Shown in pieces: positions 23,621 through 34,097 of a stretch of 35,888 nt of DNA. Numbering within the stretch: position 1 is the first letter of the stretch; every line of letters starts with the position of its first letter. This stretch comes from Octopus bimaculoides. Its lineage: Eukaryota. A program made the translations under genes and the position numbers. The DNA is taken from the NCBI RefSeq assembly GCF_001194135.2, contig NC_068983.1:35192064-35227951 (forward strand), given 5' to 3'. The notes under the pieces are model-generated. The model saw only the letters and a program-made list of their open reading frames with translations. It searched no databases and was not told the origin of the DNA.

Positions 23621-26600
23621 ACCGTCAATGTTGAACAGTGAGAATGAATGCTCAACACCCTAGTGATCAATAAATCGTTATTCGTGGGATAACCAAACTA
23701 CTATTGGTTTCATGTTGAGAGAAAAGTCCCTCACCAATTATTCAAGTCTGCCACATGTGACGTTAGTGTTCGAATTCAACTCATATACATATATAGGGTG
23801 CGATAGGTAAATTGCCGCCATTTTATATTTTTAATTTTCTGCATGCGCATTGTTTGTTTTTGACTTTGTCGACTACACACTATAGTAGGGTCAGTTGGGC
23901 ACCATATGTGAGAAAAACAGCACCATAACGGAATTCAATCTGCCAGAAATCTGGAGACGACATGCTGTACTTCTTGGCATCTGCACCAGAAGCTCCAATA
24001 CGGACATTTCAGAGCGTTGTGAGGGTGTCAATCTGAGGTCAGTGCAGAGGATCTGGAAAGAGTTGGATAAGTCTAATAATTACGAAGTGACAGCAGCTCG
24101 GAAAACGCGCTCTAATTGTTCTTTTAAGAAAAGAACTCCTGAATTTGTGGCTGCGAGCCAAGATTGACAATGATCCCTCCAAGTCAATCAGATCCATCAC
24201 CAGGGACATGAGAGTGTCTGAGTTTCTTCTCAGGCAGGTAGTGCATAAAGACATACAAAATGAGAAAAGGACAATTTGTATCCCAAACCATCAAGGAAAA
24301 TAAGAAAGCGCTACGAAGCTTTTGAACAAACTCAAGCATCCTCCCCAACCGAACAAGCTTTAATTTTTTTCAGACGAGAAAATTTTCTGCCAGGATTGGA
24401 TGGTGTATACACAGAACAACTCTTGGCATACCGTCTCCCCAAAGCTTGTACCGAGAGTGATAAAAATCAAACATCCAGTCAGCATCATGGAAATAAATGA
24501 AAAAGCATTTACTTCCAAATATTTTGAATCAGTATTATGCAATCTGGCAGTACTTTTACATGGAATTTCGTATGTCTTTTTGAGCCAAGTTCCTGAAGAG
24601 ACTTCTATACATAGATATGAATTGCTTATAAATCAAATAATGTATATAAGTCGAAACAACTTGTTGGCTTTATTTGTTTTGTTTTGCTTTTTTAATTAGT
24701 TATTTTATGTTATATTTTATATTATAATATATTTCAATGTAATAAATGGATAGATCGACAATTGTATTTTTCTATTTAATTTATTGTTTGTAATTTGTAT
24801 TTATATCCATACTTCTGTGGTATTCAACTGTTGTACCAGTGAATTGGACGTTTTAGACTCCTTTGAAGGAATCGTTTTTTTCCCTTCGTTTGGCCCCTAC
24901 ACCTATCTTTTCAGGAGAATATTCGTGTAGATAGAAAATAACAAAACCATACCTTTGGGCTTACATGTGTGCCTTCTGGCAAGAATAATGTATCAACCTC
25001 TAACTACACATTCAAATGTGGAACCGTTATGTTATTTATTTACGACACGATAAATAATATAATATAATAGGTTCCTAACCCCGAAAATGCAACTGAGAAT
25101 TAACCTATTATTTTTAAATTGTGAATTTTATGTTATATCGCCTGCAGAAAGCTGTATTGTGAATAGATATAATTTGAATGTTAATACTGGCTTTATAGTG
25201 GTTTTTGACTGCTATGTCTAGACATGTAAAGGTTTTTGCAAACCACTCCATTATAATTGTGATTTATTCATAATTATAAACACTCTTCTTATGTGTGTGC
25301 GTGCGCGCGTGTGTGCATTCATCTACTGCTCTCGCTGCTCTTCTTAGTACATCTGTCACTCGGGACGCCGCTTGACTGTCCGATTAGCAGAGCACCTCCG
25401 AGACATCAGACTCTGCAATGAAACCCTGGTTGCGCACCATTTCAGTTCTCCCGATCATTCTCTACAACATCTGCTTGTATTCGGACTGTCTTTACACAGG
25501 GGCCACTCGGACTCCTGCCTTCTCCCGTGAAGAAGAATTAATCTTCCTTCTTCGCACCTCTACGTCATTCACCTCCTCACTTCATCTGACACTGACCTCA
25601 TCTCCTTTTGATAACAACCCTTCACCATCCCACACACGCTAGCACTGGCCACTTCTCAGCACCCACACCGTACACCATCATCCACACACTCACGCACAAT
25701 CTTTAAGAGCGTTACCAAACATACCACTATATGAATAGCCACACACACTATGCTTAACTCAGTACACCCACCGCACACCATGATGCATACTCTCACACGT
25801 ACACAAGCACATAATACCTGTTCACAGACAATATCCACACCCACACAAACAAATAATACCTGAACACGGACAATATATACATGCACGACACGCATTAATA
25901 CACGCAACATACAGAGACAAAGATAAATTTTGCCCACATACATACACCATGCCCATACTCCATACACAAGCACATACTCACACATGTCAGAGTCACTCGC
26001 CCCTATTCAACCACACACACTTACACTCTCACACACACCATTCTTACATACATACACACGCACGCGAACCTTCTCTTGTTGGGATCACTAGCACTATTAT
26101 TATCTCCCTTTTATATATGCATGCATATATATATATATATATATATTTATGTATGTGCATACATATATATACATACATATACATATACATATATATATGC
26201 ATATACATACATATATAAACACATATACATACATGCTTACATATATATATATATATATATATATAGAGTTATTAATATTTCTAAGTCTCTCTAAAGGAGA
26301 CTACGGCAGCGGTACTGGAAATTAATAGTTATCGCCAAGCCAACATGGCAGTCCCAAAATTAGGACGAAAGCTGCCGTGAATTAGCTCCAAGAAGCCATC
26401 GCCTCTAGCTAGCTATGTGACACACGAAACCTGTGTCCTTTATAACCTTCGAACAGGGGAGGTCAGCAGTGTCCCCCTGCTGGTTNNNNNNNNNNNNNNN
26501 NNNNNNNNNNNNNNNNNNNNNNNNNNNNNNNNNNNNNNNNNNNNNNNNNNNNNNNNNNNNNNNNNNNNNNNNNNNNNNNNNNNNNNNNNNNNNNNNNNNN

Positions 26601-26693
26601 NNNNNNNNNNNNNNNNNNNNNNNNNNNNNNNNNNNNNNNNNNNNNNNNNNNNNNNNNNNNNNNNNNNNNNNNNNNNNNNNNNNNNNNNNNNNN

Positions 26694-26741
<48 letters not shown>

Positions 26742-29700
26742 TGATAGCTTCGGTAGTTTGGAGAGTAGAAGCTGGTGTGTATGGGCGACTACTAGTCTTC
26801 CACAAACAACCTTGTCCAGACCTTTGCCTAAGAGCGAACATTTTAGGTGCAATCCCATAGTCATTCGTGACCGATGAGCGTCTTAATATATGCATGCGAA
26901 TGTATATACAGGTTGTTGTCCATCTCCATTTTTTTACCCATGATGGAGACGAACACGAATGCTTGTAGAACATAAGTACCACTTTATGAGCGACTGTGAT
27001 TAGTACCTATTGGCAGGAGCCGAGGTGAGATGACAAGTAATCACATGAGGCATTTTTTTCTTCTTAGCAATGGAACATTTAATGGTTCAATTTCTGGTAA
27101 GGGTATAGTATTCAGACACAAGTATTCAGGCAACGATGACCAACTGATTCCAGGTTTCGAACCCGAATCTATTAGGTAAATATTATACACTTTTTCATGT
27201 TATTATGCTTTTATGTCATGTTATGGTCTGTTATGTGATAGGATGCCTGGTTTTCCATTGTGACAAAGTGAAATACTAATGGTTTGGAATGTATTCTGAT
27301 CTATTGTTTTGACTCACTGAATGTTTATTTTTGACAATGTCTGTCACACTAAATGCGGATGTCTAACTTTGGTACAAAGCTTTATAATTCGAAGATGATG
27401 TATATTCAGTTATACTGATTCAAGTATCTTCCTGTTACTGATGTTACTGATGACAGAAATGTAAAAAAATATATATATATATATTCAACAGGTCTTGAAT
27501 GCAGATTGGGAAAGGGTTTAAGTAAATACCTCAAAGCATTTTCCAGTACTTGTACAAAAGTTACCAATCATTTGGTCTTCCTGCTACATTAAATAATTTG
27601 TATTTATTCCCCGTTTGAGAGAGGACGGAAATCAGTTCAAGTAGAGCCACTGAATAAATTGTAACTCATTACTATTAGTAGATTGGTATTCATTTCCACT
27701 GGTTTATAAAGCAATCATGAGTTATGTATTAATTACTTCTGCTGCTTGTAGCACTGTACTTTATTTATGCATAATATACACAATATAGAAAATCTCTCCG
27801 GCAACAAAATGCATTCTGAGAGCTGGAACTTCATAATATGCGGCAAAAGATAGATAAAAGTCTCCTAAATGAAATTTCAGAGTATCATAGGTATTATTCT
27901 CACTTACCTATTCTTGACTTAGTTCTGTTTTAGTGATATATTCTGAGTACCTATTATCTAGCAGTTATATGCATTACAAATAACCTATAGCAGATTTGAT
28001 CTTATAATCTACGCGCAGATAATTCAGTATCTTAGCTAAATGGCTGTTTTGTTTCTACAAAACACTCGGCCTATTTCAAGTAAGGTAAACTAAAGCAATC
28101 GCAGATTCATTTATGTTTGTGTGTATTTTAAAATGATTGTAAGAAATTTGAGAATAGGTCATATTAGCACTACTAACAGAGTCAAAACACAACGAATGCC
28201 GTTAACTAGTCAAGAGAATTACCAATTTTACAGTACTAGCACTGATTGCAAAACTGAGCAATTCTACCTCAGGTCGATTGTATTATCGACAGGAAAGCAT
28301 CTTGGCTATTGACCGTGCAGTTCTATTGAAAAGAAACAACCGCTGACCTTCAGTTTTTAATTCAATAGCCTATTGAGTGAGATTAACATGATTCTCATCC
28401 TGGCTAAAAAGTGTTAAGCATTGACTCAACTTCGCCATGTTTTATTGACTATGAATCATAATCCTTCTTCCTTGTTGTTCGATTTGCCATCGACTTGGCA
28501 GGCTACTGCTCTCTTATAATGATACGTAGTGACATTATACTGATAAGATTGTAACAATAATAAATGCATTAATAAAATTTCTGCTCTTTTCTAACAGCGA
28601 ATGCAACATCGCGAAGCTAAATTGTGGTGAACAACGTAAGCTGAATTTCATTAAATCTAATTTTATTTAATGGGTATAAGGCCTAACATTTATAGAAAGG
28701 GTGAAGAAAGATATTCATATCTTTCTTCGAGGAAATTGTCCTGTTAACCCAAATTCTTTCGAGAAACACAAGCAAAAAAAATTCATAAAAACTTATATGA
28801 TGTGTAAAAATGAGATCCTTTGAATGAGAAATATGAGAAAAGAAAATAGTCCTAAATGTAGATGTGGAAAGAAGGATGGTGACTTTTATAATGTACGTGT
28901 ACACGTCGGATGTAAAATAGTGTTACCCAAATAAATATTGGGATGTTGTATCTAAAATAACCTACCACAGAATTATTATGCTCACACAGAACGCATTCCG
29001 TACTACTCGAATGTAGGTACGATATTAAATCAAAACACGTCGCACGACCAACAATGTCAAATACTCTGACAGTTCACACAATTCTCATTTATTCAGATCC
29101 GTTAGTCCACTTTCACTCACGTGGCGTGTGTCCAGGATCCTTCCACATGTGACAAAGCATTTTTATAGACAATTAGTGAGTAGGTAATTTGAATGAGGAC
29201 GATCTAGGCTAGAAATCATAGCTAGCAATTTGCAGACATACATTCGTAACAAGTGTGGCAGCGGAGAATAGGCAGGTGATCGATATTACCAGGTGATAGG
29301 TTAGCAGTAAATTATTCTGGATGTTATGTTTGAGAGTGTGACATAATCCATAGATGGTACACCGAATGATTTAAGAAATGGAATTGTCAAATGAATTTAA
29401 AGATTAAGTATGTAATTATATTTAGGCTACATATCTATTTAGTCTCCTTTGTCATAATGACTGTGTCTAAAAGTCAATTAAAATTCAATTTTCCTGCAAA
29501 GAAATTGGTGAAAGAGAAAAATTCTCGATCAGCTTTTAAAATAATCGATCTAATAATTCGTGTAAATTTCTAATGCTTTAGAATTCTTCAATTTACTTCA
29601 AATAGGTATTAATAGTTGTTAAAACTTGTTTCTTAAAACACATTTACAATTACCGTCCTTTGTGGAAAAAAAAAACTTGAAACATTTTGTTTTACATTAT

Positions 29701-32467
29701 TTCTTTGTTTATTTAACTATTCTTCATAATCTCAGAATGTGGAACTCGAATGATGGGCTCTATTGAATCCAGTGCAATGAGCAATAGTGGACAATTCGCT
29801 TTGGATGGAGAATGGCCCTGGTCTGTGTCAGTTCATGGGAATTACTATTTTTCAAAACCTGCTGTAATAATCGACAAACACCATGTCCTTACCCCTGCTG
29901 CTTATTTAAAGTAAGTATTTTCAATGTTTTGATAACATTATCTCCTGTCTGTATACGTTTATAATAGATATTCGCGCGGCCTTGTCTTGCTACTTTAATC
30001 CCATCAACTACGAACTATTATTCATCTTTTAACTTAACAATACAAGATCAATAGATTGACTGGTAAAAATTGTCTTGTCAAAATGTTTTATTTTGCTGCA
30101 GCTTTGCCTTCTGATTTCATATCCTACTTAGATCACCTTTACTTTTCAACCATCTGTGTTCTCTAAAATATAGCTCCTTTCAAGTACTGAGGTCAATATA
30201 ATCGACTGCTTTTCCAAATTTCTGGTCTTGTATTTACATTAGAATTTATCTAAATGAGTAGCACACAACACTCCTGCAGCATCTTCTTCATACGCTGCTT
30301 ACAGAATATAATAGTCTTTTGGAATTGCTCTACACCTAATACATACACACACATGCACACACATAAACACACACACGCAAACACACATGCAACACACAAA
30401 CACACACATACATATACCGCATGTGGCGGTGTTTATGCATCCGTATCTACTAATGGTTAAATCTAATACATTTGTTACTCTATCGTGTATTTGTTTCTTT
30501 TTGTATTTGTATCTAATATTTGCTATGGATCTTCTATAAGAGCGGAGCTGTATATCTTCAGTTGCCATTTACAAATACAAAGACCGAGAAAATATCACTT
30601 TAACGAGACACCTCTTGAAATCACCTGAGGAGACACATCTTCACCGATCAATACATCTAAACAAGATGGTCAGTATCCCACCCGCGAGAGATCAATACTA
30701 GGTGGGTCGAAACAATTTTAGTTATCAATAAAGATTCTCATATCTTCCATCTTCCGTCTCTCATTAATCAAATACCCAACGAACACAGAATTTATTTGGA
30801 GTTAGGATACATGTCTATTATTATGCTGATTAAAGCATATCCGCCGTTTGGTTTACATGATAATATCCACACTTACGGTATAGTTTTCACTAGATCTACG
30901 TCAGGAATTTCGAAGCATCGGGATTGTTTATAATCGATGAAGGAAACGGGAAAATGGATTTGGTACGCATCATTATTTAACGCGACAATCATTTCGACCC
31001 ACCCTGCAGCTGTCACTTAAGGGTAGGATGTTGTGCATCTAGTTGTGTTGCATCAACCAATGCAGTGTGTATCGCTTCAGATGTTTGATATAAAAAGATA
31101 TCCTACTATATATATTGATTTCCTTCAGGAATGTTGTACTCTCGTAGTATGCGTGTGGGACTGACGGAGAGTAGAATAATTCTGGGGTTACAACCAACAA
31201 ATGTGTTTGGCTATATAACATAAATTGAAATTTAAAAAATATATAAAACATATAAGATATTTTAATGTATGTTACGTACCCAGACCTATTTGCTGATTAT
31301 AACCCCAGAATTATTCTACGAGAGAGTATATCACGCCTGGAGGAACTCAACATCCGTAGTACGATATCCTTTTATATCAAACGCCTGAAGTGACACTGAA
31401 TGCACTGCTTGATGTAACACAACTAGATGCACAGTAGCTTACCCTTAATAGACAGCTGCAGAACGGGTCAAAACGATCGTTGCGTTGAAAAAGGATTGAA
31501 GGGACAGTAAGTTTAGAAGAAGAAAGGTGAGTAAAACAATGAGAATTGAGAGAAAACTTCAGGTGTCAGACGAAGTCATATGATGATATCCTGTATATTA
31601 GAAACATTCACTCCATCTAGCATGGAAAACCGATGATAATGATTATGGTGATGATAATGATGATAATGATGATGATTAACAAAATCTTTCTTTCTCATAG
31701 AGCAAGGTTACCTAAGAATTTACATATAAAAACTGGATCGACTTGGCAACGTAGTGGAGATGAATACTATGTGGATAAAATCTGGATACCAAAAGAATAT
31801 TCACCGTGGAACATAGATTATAATTTTGCAATTCTTCACGTGAAGAACGAAATTAAGATGTCACGTTCTGTACAGCCAATTTGTTTACCAGAACGCTCTA
31901 TGCCCAGTAATACGAAATGTTTTGCTGTTGGATTCGGTATGACAAAATATGTTTTCAACTAAAAATATTTAAGAATGTTATTGCATAAATGGTTTGTCTG
32001 ATTTATATAGTTATTTCTGTATGTCTGTAGATTTATATATAATTATTCATTTGTGACACCGCGTACGTATGCTACTACACACATAAACATATACATGAAT
32101 GCATACATATATACATCCAAATATACACATAACACCTCCACACCAAGACATGTGTATTACCTCCCACACACAGCCCCTCGTTCCCGATCACCGTTTGTTA
32201 TCTCCCCCTTTCTTAGCTCTCCTGAAAAAAGAATTTCTAACTTCCGGTCAGCCATTGTTATGATCGGCCATTATTATGATTGACCGTTGACTGAACACTA
32301 TTCAATTTTTTTCTCCGTGTTTTTCTCCTTGTCTCCGTATTCTTTCTGTTGAAGAGCGTAGCTCGAAACGTCAAAGACTTTCCGTATTCCCGAGCGTCAT
32401 ACTAATATATCCTTTTGTTATTTACACCACCTGTCCTCGTCTGTTGTTATTATTTGTATAGTCTCCC

Positions 32468-32517
<50 letters not shown>

Positions 32518-34059
32518 TATCCTACTAACACTATCCAGAATACTACCACGACTTCCACCACAGTTACAGATAGAATAATTAACAACAACGATAGCAATAA
32601 TAACGATAATAGTAATAATAATGTTAATAACCTAAACCTTTCTACCCCCAACTCTAACTTCTCCTCTGACAGTAATACCGCTTCCATTCCTGAAAATAAT
32701 CCCCAAAATACACCCTCTTATAACTGCCGTTTTATTGTAGAAGATCTAATGTAATTTATAAATGCACCGAAGCAGTGCAGCGGTGCAACAGTGCAGGAGG
32801 CAGCTGAAACGATCGTTGTGCGAAATAAAGCTTCCTGTTATACTCCATCTTCGTATCAATCATTTAGTATGAATATATAATATACTATCTGATATATTAT
32901 ATAATGTAAAGGCGCTGAGCTGGAAGAGTCGTTAGTACGCCCGGCAGAATTCTTAGCCTCATTTCGTCTGTCCTTTGTTATGAATTCAAATTCCATCGAG
33001 AAATACGTTACTTTTCATCCCTTCAGAATCCCTATGTCCCTCTTCCGATATTGCTGGACTTGAGTCAAAAATTTGAAATCAACATAATAAACTATGTACA
33101 TAAATTATAAAGATTTAGTACCTAAACGTTCTATTTCCATTGTTAATGTACCTTTACATGCACAAATATAAGCTAACAATGAGAACAAACTGATAATTAT
33201 ATTCCAAGTTTTTGTTTCAAATAATTAGATTAATGGAATTTAAAATATCATTATACATTCCTGCTGTATTAATTGTTTTGTTTTCTAATTTTCTTTAATT
33301 TTAAAATTAGGAGGTATATCAAAACGCTTAGAAGAAATAAAGGTTGAAAAAACAGAATCTTCATTCTGCAAGAAGAATTTTCCATTACATGAAAACGCTA
33401 CATTCTGTGCCAACGATAAACACGACGATCCACCACACTGTTCTGTAAGTTATTTTCTGTTCATTTACTCAGTTTGTATTAGAAAATTCAATCATTTCTA
33501 AAAACTTTGTCCTGTTGTTAAAATTTACAAGTGTTATTGTTTAGCAGATAAATAAAAAATAAACAATGTGCTCGGATGCATTCATGCAGCGAACATATCG
33601 TCATTTTGTAAGCTTTCATATATCCGGGTCTATATTATTCTAAATCTCTCTTATTTGCATTTGGTAAACGAAATTAGGTTACTATTTCTTGTAAAATAAG
33701 CAATGGCTTATAGATCCTTTCATAAGCTTCAAGGGAAGAGAAATAGCAGGTATGAAGCATGTTTTAAATGTTGGTATATTGCAGGAAAATGGAAAATGAA
33801 TGCAACTTATCTATGGTGAATGAAGCGGAATAAGCTGAATTTGATATTGTCAATATATCATATTTTACTTGCAACGTTTAACTGAGAAAAAACATACTGT
33901 TTTCTGCAAAATAGGGGTAGTTTATCCTGTTCAAGCTATATTATTAGCATTATCATGCGATTGAGAATTTAAAATCACTTCTTTAACTTTCTAAGACATC
34001 TCAACGCCTCTAAAAGCGAACTTCGTTTGTTTATTTACGTTTGTCGTAATTTGAATTTA

Positions 34060-34097
<38 letters not shown>

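Noticed and set aside
24896-25010. Strong acceptor cttttcag followed by exon-like sequence
   Set aside because: All three frames reach a stop within 10 codons.
26340-26380. gtcc..ggac-GAAA stem resembling hammerhead stem II
   Set aside because: No CUGANGA upstream; it is better explained by a catggcag/ctgccgtg hairpin in a repeat.
29150-29360. Possible minus-strand Tc1/mariner relic
   Set aside because: The motif similarity is too weak to support a call.
32494-32754. Asn/Thr-rich 86-aa ORF
   Set aside because: It starts inside a (TG)n microsatellite, is low complexity, and has no convincing splice context or domain.
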